The position numbers and the translations under genes were made by a program. Source: Candidatus Omnitrophota bacterium (lineage in GTDB: Bacteria; Omnitrophota; Gorgyraeia; Zapsychrales; Zapsychraceae). Taken from it: DNA of 64,000 nt. The notes beneath the pieces were generated by a model. The model was not told the origin of the DNA. It saw only the letters and a program-made list of their open reading frames with translations, and searched no databases. Below, one piece after another: positions 13,852 to 24,487 of this stretch. Location: assembly GCA_003528115.1 (NCBI GenBank), contig DOGZ01000014.1, positions 282,689 to 346,688 of the forward strand, given 5' to 3'. The stretch's first letter is position 1. Every line of letters begins with the position of its first letter.

Positions 13852-13902
13852 ATGTTGTTAAATGAGAATGTCTTGTAAGAGAAGAAGGATAAATAAGAAG
13901 TT

Positions 13903-14205
13903 ATGCAAAAGATACGTATAAAATTAAAAGCATTTGATCATAGACTGATTGATCAGTCGGCTCAAGAAATTATCGATACGGCAATTCGTACTGGAGCAAA
14001 AGTTTCTGGTCCAGTCCCTTTGCCGACAAAAAAGGAGCTTTATACAGTTCTTAGGTCTCCTGTTATAGATAAGAAATCGCGTGAGCAATTCAGTATTGCC
14101 ACACATAAAAGACTAATTGATCTTGTCGAACCAACGGCCAAAACAGTGGAGGCCTTACGAAAACTTAATCTCCCCGCAGGGGTTGATGTTGAAATCAAGC
14201 AATGA
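13903..14205 (+). CDS. rpsJ: 30S ribosomal protein S10
   Basis: [30 protein letters not shown]. Confidence 0.98.
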   Translation: MQKIRIKLKAFDHRLIDQSAQEIIDTAIRTGAKVSGPVPLPTKKELYTVLRSPVIDKKSREQFSIATHKRLIDLVEPTAKTVEALRKLNLPAGVDVEIKQ

Positions 14206-14215
14206 GAAAAAAAAT

Positions 14216-14938
14216 ATGATTCAGGGTTTATTAGGTAAAAAAATTGGAATGACACAGATTTTCGATAAAGAGGGGAATGTGATTCCTGTGACTCTTGTCG
14301 AAACTGGCCCATGTACAATCTTAGAACTTAAAGAATCTCCCAATAAAATTAAGTTAGGTTTCGATCCTATCAAGGAATCGAAAGTCAGAAAACCACGACG
14401 TGGTTTCTTTAAGAAAATTGGCATCACACCCATGAGAATTGTTAGAGAGGTTACTTCTTTAGATAATAAAGATTATAAAGTTGGTCAAGAACTAAAAGCT
14501 GACTTCTTCAAACCGGGTGATTATGTGGATGTCACGGGTACTTCTATTGGAAAGGGATTCCAGGGCGGTATGAAACGCTGGAATTGGTCTGGAGGTGGTG
14601 CTACACATGGTTCTATGCATCATAGACGGGTAGGATCTATTGGGGCTAGTACGGCTCCGGGGAGGACATTGAAAGGGCAACATATGCCTGGGCATATGGG
14701 ACATAAAAGAACGACCGTTCAGGGTTTAAGGGTCATGGGTGTCGAGGTAGAGAAGAATTTAGTCATCATTAAGGGTGCTATTCCTGGGCATAATCATGGA
14801 GATGTTTTGATTAATCGATCATTCAAGAGACAATTTAAATCGTTGGATGAAAAGAAATCTATCGTAATACATAAAGTTAATCCTATGAAACAAAGTAAAG
14901 CCAAAACTGGCTCTGCGGCTAAAAAGAGCAAAGGATAG
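14216..14938 (+). CDS. rplC: 50S ribosomal protein L3
   Basis: [25 protein letters not shown]; start moved to ATG 14216. Confidence 0.97.
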   Translation: MIQGLLGKKIGMTQIFDKEGNVIPVTLVETGPCTILELKESPNKIKLGFDPIKESKVRKPRRGFFKKIGITPMRIVREVTSLDNKDYKVGQELKADFFKPGDYVDVTGTSIGKGFQGGMKRWNWSGGGATHGSMHHRRVGSIGASTAPGRTLKGQHMPGHMGHKRTTVQGLRVMGVEVEKNLVIIKGAIPGHNHGDVLINRSFKRQFKSLDEKKSIVIHKVNPMKQSKAKTGSAAKKSKG

Positions 14939-14943
14939 TAAAA

Positions 14944-15570
14944 GTGGTAAAGTTTCCCGTTATAGATATAAATGGAAAAGAAAAAGAAGTTCTTGATCTC
15001 CCTGATGACATGTTTCCAGTCCACACTAAAACGGGTGTAGTCCATCAGGCGATAGTAAAATACCAGGCCAGTCTTCGTCAGGGAAACGCGTCAACGAAAG
15101 TCAGATCTGAAGTTTCTGGTGGAGGAAAGAAACCGTTTCGTCAAAAGGGCACTGGCCGCGCTCGCGCTGGATCTAGCCGTTCTCCTCTATGGCATGGGGG
15201 TGGGATTGTGTTCGGTCCACATCCACGAGATTTTAGTTATACATTGCCTAAAAGAATTAAAAGGGTTGCGTTGCGGGAAAGTCTTAATGCTAAATATCAG
15301 AAAAAAAATTTACTATGTGTTGACGATTTTAAAGACGCTTTTCAGAAAACAAAAGATTTTGCTAAAGTTCTAAAAACTTTCAATCTTAAAGGTAAAACAT
15401 TGGCAATTTTAGATGGAAGTGATCCTAGTATTGAGAGAGTATCACGTAATATCCCTTATTTCACTTTAATGCGTTCCGCTGATGTCAATGCCTACGATAT
15501 TTTAAAAAACAATAATGTTTTACTCACAAAAACAGCTTTTAAGAGTTTAATAGACCGGATAAAAAAATGA
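14944..15570 (+). CDS. rplD: 50S ribosomal protein L4
   Basis: GGGKKPFRQKGTGRARAGS; GTG start. Confidence 0.97.
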   Translation: MVKFPVIDINGKEKEVLDLPDDMFPVHTKTGVVHQAIVKYQASLRQGNASTKVRSEVSGGGKKPFRQKGTGRARAGSSRSPLWHGGGIVFGPHPRDFSYTLPKRIKRVALRESLNAKYQKKNLLCVDDFKDAFQKTKDFAKVLKTFNLKGKTLAILDGSDPSIERVSRNIPYFTLMRSADVNAYDILKNNNVLLTKTAFKSLIDRIKK

Positions 15571-15845
15571 TTACATGTTTTGATATTATAAATACCCTGC
15601 TTCGTACAGAAAAAGGTGCGATGTTTGAACCTGGGAGGCAATATCTCTTTAAGGTCGCAAGAGACGCTAATAAGATTGAAATTAAAAAGGCTGTTGAGGA
15701 AATTTATAAAGTAAAAGTTCAATCGGTTAATACCTCTGTTGTCCCAGGTAAATTAAAGAAGGTACGTCATATCCAGGGAAGAACATCCCCATGGAAAAAG
15801 GCAATGGTGACGTTGAAGGAAGGTTCAAAAATAGATGTCACGTAA
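15567..15845 (+). CDS. rplW: 50S ribosomal protein L23
   Basis: TEK, ANKIEIKKAVE, WKKAMVTL. Confidence 0.96.
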   Translation: MITCFDIINTLLRTEKGAMFEPGRQYLFKVARDANKIEIKKAVEEIYKVKVQSVNTSVVPGKLKKVRHIQGRTSPWKKAMVTLKEGSKIDVT

Positions 15846-15914
15846 GTTTGATCAATACAACAAAGAAAATTTTAATAACCACAGCAGTTTAATTAGAAAT
15901 ATAAAGTTAAGAAA

Positions 15915-16754
15915 ATGGGATTAAAAAAATTCAAACCAACAACAAATGGATTAAGACATACGGTCATTTCCGATTTTGCCGAGATTACTAAATCAAGACC
16001 GGAGAAATCTTTATTGAAGCCTTTAAAGAAATCAGGCGGTCGGAATATGTACGGGCGCATTACGACTCGATTCCGTGGTGGTGGACATAAACGGATGTAT
16101 CGTTTAATTGATTTTAAACGAGAACGAATTGATATTGAAGCGGAGGTATTAGCAATTGAGTATGATCCTAATCGCTCTTCTCGTATTGCTTTAATCCAAT
16201 ATTCTGATGGGGCGAAATCATATATTCTTGCTCCATTAGAACTGAAAGTTGGAGATAAAATAGTCAGTACATTTGATAAAGACATTGAATTTAAGCCAGG
16301 GAATTGTTTACCTCTAAAACGAATTCCATTAGGGACAGCCGTTCATAATATAGAATTAACACCCGGAAGGGGAGGACAGATAGCTCGTTCAGCAGGGACA
16401 TCAGCGCAAATTATGGCCAAAGAAGGTGAGTATGCCTTTATCCGAATGCCCTCTAGCGAAGTTCGAAAAATTCGTATAGAATGTCGCTCAACAATTGGAC
16501 AAATTGGTAATGTGGAACATGAAACCCGATCATTCGGAAAGGCAGGAAGGGTTCGATGGTTAGGGCGACGAAGTCATGTGCGTGGTGTCGCTATGAATCC
16601 TGTTGATCACCCGCATGGTGGTGGAGAAGGAAAAGCGCCTCAAGGTAATCCTCATCCGGTTTCACCTTGGGGACAGATTGCAAAAGGGTTAAAAACGCGC
16701 AAGAGAAAAAAATATTCAACTAAATATATCGTAAGAAGAAGAGGATCTAAGTAA
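15915..16754 (+). CDS. rplB: 50S ribosomal protein L2
   Basis: [25 protein letters not shown]. Confidence 0.99.
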   Translation: MGLKKFKPTTNGLRHTVISDFAEITKSRPEKSLLKPLKKSGGRNMYGRITTRFRGGGHKRMYRLIDFKRERIDIEAEVLAIEYDPNRSSRIALIQYSDGAKSYILAPLELKVGDKIVSTFDKDIEFKPGNCLPLKRIPLGTAVHNIELTPGRGGQIARSAGTSAQIMAKEGEYAFIRMPSSEVRKIRIECRSTIGQIGNVEHETRSFGKAGRVRWLGRRSHVRGVAMNPVDHPHGGGEGKAPQGNPHPVSPWGQIAKGLKTRKRKKYSTKYIVRRRGSK

Positions 16755-16755
16755 T

Positions 16756-17043
16756 ATGGCACGCTCACTTAAAAAGGGCCCATATGTTGAAGAGGGTTTA
16801 TTGAATAAATTAAATAAAATGATCAGCTCAGGCCAGAGGCAGCCCATAAAAACATGGTCAAGACGTTCAATGATAGCACCAGAATTTGTCGGCTATACGA
16901 TATCTGTTCATGATGGGCGTAAACATGTCCCCATTTTTATAACAGAAAATATGGTTGGTTATAAATTTGGGGAGTTCGCTCCGACACGAACATTCAGAAA
17001 ACATGGCGGGGTAAAGGCGAAGAAGGCCGCCCAAAAAACTTAA
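16756..17043 (+). CDS. rpsS: 30S ribosomal protein S19
   Basis: [24 protein letters not shown]. Confidence 0.98.
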   Translation: MARSLKKGPYVEEGLLNKLNKMISSGQRQPIKTWSRRSMIAPEFVGYTISVHDGRKHVPIFITENMVGYKFGEFAPTRTFRKHGGVKAKKAAQKT

Positions 17044-17079
17044 ATTAAATAAATTATAATCAAATTAAAGACTAAGAAA

Positions 17080-17415
17080 ATGATAGCACAAGCTAAAGGA
17101 AAATATGTAAGAGTTTCACCCATGAGGGCAAGACAAGTCGTTGATTTAATCCGAGGGAAGGATGTCCCTTCATCTTTGGCGATTCTCACGCATCTTAATA
17201 AAGGTTGTTCAAAGACAATTAATAAGATTCTAGGTTCTGCAGTTAGCAATGCTAAACAAAAAGGGTTAAGTGAGGAGCAGCTGTTTGTTTCTAAAATTAC
17301 AGCTAACCAAGGTTCTGTGTGGAAAAGATATAGAGCCGCATCGTTTGGCCGTGCAATGAAAATTCAAAAAAAGACAACACATATAATAATCGAACTCGAC
17401 TTAATTACAAAATGA
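17080..17415 (+). CDS. rplV: 50S ribosomal protein L22
   Basis: RVSPMRARQVVDLIRG, SAVSNA; S10 operon order. Confidence 0.96.
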   Translation: MIAQAKGKYVRVSPMRARQVVDLIRGKDVPSSLAILTHLNKGCSKTINKILGSAVSNAKQKGLSEEQLFVSKITANQGSVWKRYRAASFGRAMKIQKKTTHIIIELDLITK

Positions 17416-17427
17416 GGGGTTAAAAAC

Positions 17428-18120
17428 GTGGGTCAAAAAGTTAGTCCTATTATTTTAAGAATTGGTTATATCGAAAATTGGAGAAGCCTTTGGTTTGCGG
17501 ATAAAAATGAGTTTCGAAAAAATGTTATCGAAGATCAAAAGATTAGATTATTTATAAAAAAACGTTTTGCTCAGGCTGCCGTCTCAAAAATTGTTATTGA
17601 GCGTTTGGCTGAAAAAGTTAAAATTATCATTCATACAGCTAGGCCGGGGGTAATCATTGGACGCCGTGGGGCGGACATAGATCGATTAAAGGCCGAATTA
17701 GCAAACATATCCTCAAAAGAGATTTCTATCGAACCACGTGAGGTCAAGAATCCCTCTGTCGATGCTCAATTGGTAGCTCAAAATATTGTCTTTCAATTAG
17801 AAAAAAGGGTTGCTTTTCGTCGGGCGATGAAAAGAGCTATTGACAATTGTATGAGTGCAGGGGCAAAGGGAATTAAAATCAGATGCGCAGGACGTCTTAA
17901 CGGTGCTGAAATGGCGAGGCAAGAAGTTTATAAAGAAGGAAAACTCCCTTTACAAACGTTTAGGGCTCAAATTGATTTCGGTTTTGCTGAGGCCTTGACA
18001 ACTTATGGGCTTCTCGGTGTCAAGGTGTGGATTTATAAAGGGGATATTATTAAAGAGATTAAACGACAAGGGCCTGTGGCTGTCATAAACAAAGTGGCTA
18101 AAGAGGATTCTGCGGAATAG
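17428..18120 (+). CDS. rpsC: 30S ribosomal protein S3
   Basis: MGQKVSP, RPGVIIGRRG, GRLNGAEMAR. Confidence 0.98.
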   Translation: MGQKVSPIILRIGYIENWRSLWFADKNEFRKNVIEDQKIRLFIKKRFAQAAVSKIVIERLAEKVKIIIHTARPGVIIGRRGADIDRLKAELANISSKEISIEPREVKNPSVDAQLVAQNIVFQLEKRVAFRRAMKRAIDNCMSAGAKGIKIRCAGRLNGAEMARQEVYKEGKLPLQTFRAQIDFGFAEALTTYGLLGVKVWIYKGDIIKEIKRQGPVAVINKVAKEDSAE

Positions 18121-18146
18121 TTTTATCGTGAAAATAGGAAAATAAA

Positions 18147-18569
18147 ATGGTTTTAATGCCAAGAAAAGTTAAATTTCGTAAATCCCAAAAAGGCAAAACT
18201 CGTGGAATTGCAACTGTTGGATGCAAAATGCATTTCGGCGAATACGGGGTCAAGGCTCTGGAAAATGGCCTCATACAGGCAAATCATATTGAAGCCTGCC
18301 GGGTTGTTGTGGCCAGAAAAATGAAGGGCGCAGGTAAATTGTGGATCAATATCTTCCCGCATAAACCTGTTTCTAAAAAACCCGCGGAAACACGTATGGG
18401 AAAAGGGAAGGGCGACCTTGATCATTGGGTGGCTGTTGTCAAAAGAGGGAAAGTCTTGTTTGAGATGAGTGGTGTCCCGGAAGATTTTGCCAAAAAAATA
18501 TTTCGGTTAGTGGCGTTTAAGTTGCCTTTAAGAACAAAATTTATTTCAAGAATGGGAAGTCAGACGTAA
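18147..18569 (+). CDS. rplP: 50S ribosomal protein L16
   Basis: KKPAETRMGKGKG. Confidence 0.98.
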   Translation: MVLMPRKVKFRKSQKGKTRGIATVGCKMHFGEYGVKALENGLIQANHIEACRVVVARKMKGAGKLWINIFPHKPVSKKPAETRMGKGKGDLDHWVAVVKRGKVLFEMSGVPEDFAKKIFRLVAFKLPLRTKFISRMGSQT

Positions 18570-18596
18570 TAATTTTATATTAATTGAAGGGATTTT

Positions 18597-18794
18597 ATGA
18601 AAGCCAAGGAATTAAGGGGAATAAGTACAGAAGAATTGGCTCAGAAGGAAAAGGGTTTGAAGAAAGAGCTTTTTGAACTTAATTACCAGCGTAAAATGGG
18701 GATTGTTGAAAAGCCTTCCCGGTTTAAAACTATAAGAAGAGAAATCGCTAGAATTTTTACTATCGCAAGAGAAAGAGCCTTAGAGAAGAAATAA
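18597..18794 (+). CDS. rpmC: 50S ribosomal protein L29
   Basis: MKAKELR...KKELFEL...RREIARI. Confidence 0.95.
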   Translation: MKAKELRGISTEELAQKEKGLKKELFELNYQRKMGIVEKPSRFKTIRREIARIFTIARERALEKK

Positions 18795-18823
18795 ATAAGG
18801 CTATTTAAATAAATGAAAGGTTA

Positions 18824-19093
18824 ATGATGACTGACTTGGAAAATCGTAAAAATAGGAGAAAGTTTCTACAAGGTATTGTTGTTAGCGATAAAATGAATAA
18901 GACCCGCGTGATCCAAGTCAGATGGACATACAAACATGCTAAATACAATAAAGTTATCAGGGCAGCCTCTAAATACCAAGCCCATGACGAAAAGAATGAA
19001 TCAAGACAGGGAGATGTTGTACGTATTATGGAAACAAGGCCTCTCTCAAAAGAAAAGCGTTGGGTAATCCTTGAAGTCATTAAAGGGAATTAA
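18824..19093 (+). CDS. rpsQ: 30S ribosomal protein S17
   Basis: GIVVSDKMNKT, AHDE, ETRPLSKEKRW. Confidence 0.97.
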   Translation: MMTDLENRKNRRKFLQGIVVSDKMNKTRVIQVRWTYKHAKYNKVIRAASKYQAHDEKNESRQGDVVRIMETRPLSKEKRWVILEVIKGN

Positions 19094-19117
19094 TACTGTG
19101 TACCAAGAGGTATCTAT

Positions 19118-19486
19118 ATGATTTATATGAAGACAATATTAAATGTGGCGGACAATACGGGCGCACGAAAAGCCTCTATGATTGGTGTTCTTAACAGTAA
19201 GGGAAGACGATGTGCCCATATTGGAGATATTGTAAGAGTTAATATTAAGGAATCCGCCCCGGAGGCCGCTATAAAAAAAGGTGAAAAAGCAAGAGGGATT
19301 ATCGTTCGAACAAAATGTCCTATTAGACGTTCAGACGGGACATACGTTAAATTTGATACAAACGCGGTTGTAATTATCGACGAAGCAGGAAATCCTAAAG
19401 GGACTCGTGTCTTCGGGCCCGTTGCGCGTGAATTGCGGAATATGAATTATATGAAAATCGTATCTTTAGCTCCAGAGGTGGTTTAA
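19118..19486 (+). CDS. rplN: 50S ribosomal protein L14
   Basis: VADNTGA, GTRVFGPVARELR, SLAPEVV. Confidence 0.98.
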   Translation: MIYMKTILNVADNTGARKASMIGVLNSKGRRCAHIGDIVRVNIKESAPEAAIKKGEKARGIIVRTKCPIRRSDGTYVKFDTNAVVIIDEAGNPKGTRVFGPVARELRNMNYMKIVSLAPEVV

Positions 19487-19487
19487 C

Positions 19488-19799
19488 ATGCTGCGTATTA
19501 AGAAAAATGATCAAGTTGTCGTCATAACAGGAAAAGATAAAGGTAAGACAGGACGAGTTCTAAGAATTCTTCCTGAAGAAAGTCGTGCCATTGTTGAGCA
19601 TATCAATGTTGTAAAAAAATCTCAGAAAAAAAATCAGCAAAATCCGCAGGGGGGATTTATTGAGAGAGAAGCCTCCATTCATATTTCTAACATTATGCTG
19701 TTAGACAAGAAAACAAATAAGCCAACCCGTTTTGGTGTATCCATTCTTAAAGATGGAACCAAGGTCAGGATGAGCAAGAAAAGTGGCGAGGTGCTATAG
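19488..19799 (+). CDS. rplX: 50S ribosomal protein L24
   Basis: VITGKDKGKTG (KOW motif), IHISNI. Confidence 0.97.
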   Translation: MLRIKKNDQVVVITGKDKGKTGRVLRILPEESRAIVEHINVVKKSQKKNQQNPQGGFIEREASIHISNIMLLDKKTNKPTRFGVSILKDGTKVRMSKKSGEVL

Positions 19800-19800
19800 G

Positions 19801-20346
19801 ATGATCCCGCGATTGCAGAAGAAATATAAAGAAGAATGCATTGTTAAGATGCAAGAGAAATTTGGTATTAAGAACTATTTGGCTGTCCCCAAATTAGAGA
19901 AGATTATTGTTAGCATGGGCGTCGGTAAGGCCATCAGTGATATGAAAATTCTGGATAGCGCTGTTCAAGATTTGAGTATAATCACGGGACAGAAGCCCCT
20001 AGTGACGAGGTCAAAAAAAGCCATTTCCAATTTTAAATTAAGAGAAAATTTGTCTATAGGATGCAAAGTCACCCTCCGTCGTTCAAGAATGTATGAGTTT
20101 TTGGATCGCCTCGTTAATGTAACCTTGCCTAGAATCCGAGATTTTAATGGCGTATCAAGAAAGTCTTTTGACGCCCAAGGAAATTATAATATGGGTATAG
20201 AAGAACAATCCATATTTCCAGAAATTGACGTTGCAAAAGTATCTCATACACAAGGAATGAATATTACTTTTGTTTTTAATCAAGGAACTAAAGAACAAAC
20301 GCATGAACTTTTAAGTCTTTTAGGAATGCCTTTTTCCAAGAAGTAA
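19801..20346 (+). CDS. rplE: 50S ribosomal protein L5
   Basis: PKLEKII, ITGQKP, LPRIRDF; start moved to ATG 19801. Confidence 0.98.
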   Translation: MIPRLQKKYKEECIVKMQEKFGIKNYLAVPKLEKIIVSMGVGKAISDMKILDSAVQDLSIITGQKPLVTRSKKAISNFKLRENLSIGCKVTLRRSRMYEFLDRLVNVTLPRIRDFNGVSRKSFDAQGNYNMGIEEQSIFPEIDVAKVSHTQGMNITFVFNQGTKEQTHELLSLLGMPFSKK

Positions 20347-20403
20347 TAAACGACGGGTTATCGAATTTCTGGATCAGTAAATAATTGGGTGGGAGTATAA
20401 ATT

Positions 20404-20589
20404 ATGGCAAAAAAAGCGTTAGTTAATAAGTCTCGTATTAAACCGAAATTTTCGACGAGACAGCATAATCGATGTCAGTTATGCGGTCGTCCAAAAGGGT
20501 ATTTACGTCGGTTTGGTGTTTGTCGTATTTGTTTCAGAGAACTCGCTTGGAAAGGTGAGATCCCAGGGGTTAAAAAAGCAAGCTGGTAA
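20404..20589 (+). CDS. rpsN: 30S ribosomal protein S14, short Zn-binding type
   Basis: 61 aa; CQLCGR...CRICFRE. Confidence 0.98.
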   Translation: MAKKALVNKSRIKPKFSTRQHNRCQLCGRPKGYLRRFGVCRICFRELAWKGEIPGVKKASW

Positions 20590-20606
20590 TTAAAGGGGTA
20601 GAAGTT

Positions 20607-21002
20607 ATGTCATTGAGTGATCCAATCAGTAACATGTTAACAAATATTCGTAATGCCAATCAAGTTAAGAAAGAAACGGTGGATATCCCCGCCTCAAAAT
20701 TGATAGGCAAAATTTTAGAAATCTTCAAAGCGGACGGGTATATAGAAGATTTCCGCCTTATGAAGAATAACGTGCAGGGTGTTTATAAAGTTTATTTGAA
20801 GTATGAAGCTAAGAAGTCGGTAATTACAGGAATCAAAAGAATTTCTAAGCCAGGTTTAAGAGTTTACACACAACGAAAATCAGTTCCGCGTGTTTTAAAT
20901 GGATTGGGCACAGCTGTGATCTCTACGTCAAAGGGCGTATTAGATGACCGACATGCCCGCCAATTAAATATAGGCGGAGAAATATTGTGTTATATTTGGT
21001 AG
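20607..21002 (+). CDS. rpsH: 30S ribosomal protein S8
   Basis: DPISNMLTNIRNA, SKPGLRVY, STSKG. Confidence 0.98.
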   Translation: MSLSDPISNMLTNIRNANQVKKETVDIPASKLIGKILEIFKADGYIEDFRLMKNNVQGVYKVYLKYEAKKSVITGIKRISKPGLRVYTQRKSVPRVLNGLGTAVISTSKGVLDDRHARQLNIGGEILCYIW

Positions 21003-21009
21003 GTGAATT

Positions 21010-21549
21010 ATGTCAAGAATAGGTAAGATCCCCGTAATTGTTCCAAAAGATGTAAAAATTAATGTGAAAGACAGCCTTGTGCATCTGGAAGGCACGAAAG
21101 GCAAATTGGATTTAAGTGTACCACATGGAATTAGTGTCGAAGTAGCCAATGACCGATTGTTGGTAAATAGAAATTCGAATACAAAACAATCTCGTGCGAA
21201 TCATGGAACTATTCGGGCTCGGTTAGCCAATATGATTACGGGTGTTACAAAAGGGCATAAGAAAGAATTAGAAATTCAGGGGATTGGTTTTCGCGCGCAG
21301 TTGCAAGGCTCCAAGATAGTTTTTGTATTGGGATTTAGTCATCCCGTAGAATTTGAAATTCCTAAAGATGTTAAAGTGATGGTTCCGACACAAACTTCTA
21401 TTATTATAGAAGGCGCAGACAAAGAAAAAGTGGGTCAAATTGCAGCAAGTATTCGGAATTTGAAACCAGTGGAACCCTATAAGGGGAAGGGGATTCGATA
21501 TTTAGGAGAAGCCGTTAGAAGGAAGCAAGGAAAATCTGTAACAAAATAA
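21010..21549 (+). CDS. rplF: 50S ribosomal protein L6
   Basis: MSRIGK, EPYKGKGIRY. Confidence 0.98.
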   Translation: MSRIGKIPVIVPKDVKINVKDSLVHLEGTKGKLDLSVPHGISVEVANDRLLVNRNSNTKQSRANHGTIRARLANMITGVTKGHKKELEIQGIGFRAQLQGSKIVFVLGFSHPVEFEIPKDVKVMVPTQTSIIIEGADKEKVGQIAASIRNLKPVEPYKGKGIRYLGEAVRRKQGKSVTK

Positions 21550-21609
21550 TTTCAAGAATATCCTTTGGTTTTTGAAAAAAGAAAGAGAAGAATTGTAAGG
21601 AAACGAAGT

Positions 21610-21978
21610 ATGGAAAATAGAATAAGTAAAAAAATTAAAAGGCAATATAGGCACAAAAGAATACGAAAAAATATTTTTGGTTGCTTAGATCGCCCAAGGT
21701 TGTGTGTTCATAAAAGTTTGAAAAATTTTTATGCTCAAATTATTGATGATCAATCCGGAAGGGTGTTGCTTGGGATTTCGACATTGGCAAAAGATTTACG
21801 AAGTAAGATCAAGAATGGGGGGAACGCGAATGCTGCGACTCTTCTTGGTGAGGTCGTAGCAGTGAAGGCTAAAGAAAAAGGAATAATAAAGGTCTGTTTT
21901 GACCGTGGCGGTTACATGTATCATGGTTGTGTTAAGGCCTTCGCAGAAGCCGCTAGAAAAGGCGGAATGGAGTTTTAA
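21610..21978 (+). CDS. rplR: 50S ribosomal protein L18
   Basis: [16 protein letters not shown]; start moved to ATG 21610. Confidence 0.96.
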   Translation: MENRISKKIKRQYRHKRIRKNIFGCLDRPRLCVHKSLKNFYAQIIDDQSGRVLLGISTLAKDLRSKIKNGGNANAATLLGEVVAVKAKEKGIIKVCFDRGGYMYHGCVKAFAEAARKGGMEF

Positions 21979-21983
21979 GACGA

Positions 21984-22631
21984 ATGAATAAATCGAATGA
22001 AGATAAAGTAAAAGATTTTAAGAATCAAGAAGAGAAAATTGATGTCATTGAAGACGAAGCTGCTGGATTAATTAAGAAAAAATTTGCTAAAAGGAAAAGC
22101 GTTTCACCAAAATCTTCCAAAGAACTTGATGAAATAGAGTTGGCGGCGGTAGAAGCCAGAAAGGCTTTGCCTGTTGCGATTGCCGCAAAGCAGGGAGAAA
22201 TTTCAGAATTTATTGAGAAGGTTATATCCATTAACCGAATTACAAAGGTCACAAAAGGCGGAAAGAAACTTTCCTTTAGCGCGTTAGTTGTCGTTGGTGA
22301 TGCAAAGGGAAAAGTTGGTTACAGTCTGTCTAAAGCAAAAGAAGTGTCGATCGCGATTCGTAAGGCGATGGGAGTGGCGAAAAATAATATGGTCAGGATT
22401 CCTATGAAGGGAACGACAATCCCTCATGAAATAATTGGTGCGTGTGGGGGATCAAGAGTTTTGTTAAAGCCAGCTTCAGATGGAACTGGTATTATCGCCG
22501 CCGGTCCTGTTCGTGCTGTCTGTGACGGAGCTGGGATTCGTAATATTTTAACAAAGTGTCATAGATCAAACAATCCCATTAATGTCGTTAAAGCGACGAT
22601 GGATGGTTTAATGCGCTTAAAATCGGCATAA
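21984..22631 (+). CDS. rpsE: 30S ribosomal protein S5 with long N-terminal extension
   Basis: [33 protein letters not shown]. Confidence 0.96.
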   Translation: MNKSNEDKVKDFKNQEEKIDVIEDEAAGLIKKKFAKRKSVSPKSSKELDEIELAAVEARKALPVAIAAKQGEISEFIEKVISINRITKVTKGGKKLSFSALVVVGDAKGKVGYSLSKAKEVSIAIRKAMGVAKNNMVRIPMKGTTIPHEIIGACGGSRVLLKPASDGTGIIAAGPVRAVCDGAGIRNILTKCHRSNNPINVVKATMDGLMRLKSA

Positions 22632-22648
22632 CAAGGATAAGAAATCAG

Positions 22649-23128
22649 ATGCAATTGCACGAATTAATATCTCCAAAAGGCTCAAGAAAACGAAGAAAAA
22701 TTGTTGGCCGGGGCCGTGGTTCAGGACATGGAAAGACTTCCTGCCGAGGTCAAAAAGGACAAAAATCCCGTTCAGGACGGGGTATTCTCCGAGGACTTGA
22801 GGGGGGACAAATGCCCCTCATTCGACGTCTTCCAAAAGTGGGTTTTAGAAGTAAACGGCCTATTCTTAATCAAATCGTTAAATTAGGTGATTTAAATCGT
22901 TTTGAAAGCGGAACCGTTATTAATGCTGAATTCCTGAAGACGGAAGGTTTAATTAAAAGTTTGAATAAGCCATTCAAAATCCTTGGCGATGGTGAAATTA
23001 AGAAATCGCTTATTATTCAGGCCGAAAGCCTATCCAAAACGGCTCGTGAAAAAATTACAAAGGCCGGCGGTAAAATCACAAATTTTGATAAAACGTCTGG
23101 GGAAGAAAAACCCGCTGCAAAGAAATAA
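22649..23128 (+). CDS. rplO: 50S ribosomal protein L15
   Basis: GRGRGSGHGKT, EGGQMPL..RLPK. Confidence 0.97.
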   Translation: MQLHELISPKGSRKRRKIVGRGRGSGHGKTSCRGQKGQKSRSGRGILRGLEGGQMPLIRRLPKVGFRSKRPILNQIVKLGDLNRFESGTVINAEFLKTEGLIKSLNKPFKILGDGEIKKSLIIQAESLSKTAREKITKAGGKITNFDKTSGEEKPAAKK

Positions 23129-23137
23129 TTTTCGCGC

Positions 23138-24487
23138 ATGTTAGCCTCGTTCATTAATTGTTTTAAGATCCCTGAGCTAAAGAAGAAAATACTTTTTACT
23201 TTAGGTATCATTGTTGTCTACCGTATCGGGTGTTATATTCCAACCCCAGGTATTAATGGCGCGGTACTTACTGAATATTTTCAACGCATGGCTACATCGG
23301 GAGCCGGGAGCATTTTTGATGTGATGAATATGTTCTCTGGCGGGGCTATGCATAAGATGACGGTTTTTTCATTAGGGATAATGCCGTACATTTCCAGTTC
23401 CATTATCCTTCAACTGTTAACGGCTGTTATCCCAGCGCTGGAAAAGCTTGCTAAAGAAGGTCAGGCGGGCTATCACAAAATTAATCAATATACGCGCTAC
23501 GGTACAGTTGTATTGGCGCTGATTCAATCTTTTTTTATTGCTCTTTGGATTAAGCATCCTTCGACGTTTCAAAATTTTGAAGTTGTCAGTAAAGACGCAG
23601 GAATGGGATTTGTCCTCACAACGATGTTTACACTGACATGTGGAACTCTTCTTCTGATGTGGTTAGGTGAGCAGATCCAGGAAAGAGGCATCGGTAACGG
23701 CATATCGCTTATTATTGCCGCGGGTATTATCGCATCAGCGCCTTCAGCAGGAAGAACATTGGTTTTGCTTCTTTCTCCAAGTTCTGGAAGCGGAAGCCAG
23801 TTACAGCCGCTGACGTTACTCATTATGATCTGTTTTCTCATTGGAGTCATCATTTCGATTACATTGATTACACAGGCGCAAAGAAGAATCCCTGTACAAT
23901 ACGCTCGGCGCATTGTGGGTAGAAAAGTTTACGGTGGACAGAGTACGTATATTCCCTTAAAAGTTGATACCTCTGGTGTTATTGCTATTATTTTTGCACA
24001 ATCGATCATTCTTTTCCCGGCAACCTTAGCCAGTTTTATTCCGAATCAAACCTTTAGACATGTGGCGGGTTTCTTACAGAGAGGTGATTTTTTATATTAT
24101 GGTTTATACGGTTTGTTAATTGTATTTTTCTGTTATTTCTATACAGCTATTGTTTTTAATCCTCATGATGTGGCTGATAATATGAAAAAGCATGGAGGGT
24201 TTATCCCAGGAGTTAGACCCGGAGCACAGACATCCGAGTATCTTGATTTTGTTTTGACGCGCATTACCCTCGCGGGCGCTTTATTTATATGTGCGATTGC
24301 TATTATGCCGGATGCAATTATGGCCTCTTTCAAGGTTCCTTATCTAGTTGCATCATTCTTTGGGGGAACGGGCGTTTTGATTGTTGTGGGCGTTATGTTG
24401 GATACGATGAAACAGATTGAGTCGCATCTGTTGACGCGTCATTATGATGGGTTTATGAAAACCGGTCATATCCGAGGTAGACGATGA
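23138..24487 (+). CDS. secY: Preprotein translocase SecY
   Basis: LGIMPYISSSII, GIGNGISL, FIPGVRPG, FGGT; many TM segments. Confidence 0.98.
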   Translation: MLASFINCFKIPELKKKILFTLGIIVVYRIGCYIPTPGINGAVLTEYFQRMATSGAGSIFDVMNMFSGGAMHKMTVFSLGIMPYISSSIILQLLTAVIPALEKLAKEGQAGYHKINQYTRYGTVVLALIQSFFIALWIKHPSTFQNFEVVSKDAGMGFVLTTMFTLTCGTLLLMWLGEQIQERGIGNGISLIIAAGIIASAPSAGRTLVLLLSPSSGSGSQLQPLTLLIMICFLIGVIISITLITQAQRRIPVQYARRIVGRKVYGGQSTYIPLKVDTSGVIAIIFAQSIILFPATLASFIPNQTFRHVAGFLQRGDFLYYGLYGLLIVFFCYFYTAIVFNPHDVADNMKKHGGFIPGVRPGAQTSEYLDFVLTRITLAGALFICAIAIMPDAIMASFKVPYLVASFFGGTGVLIVVGVMLDTMKQIESHLLTRHYDGFMKTGHIRGRR

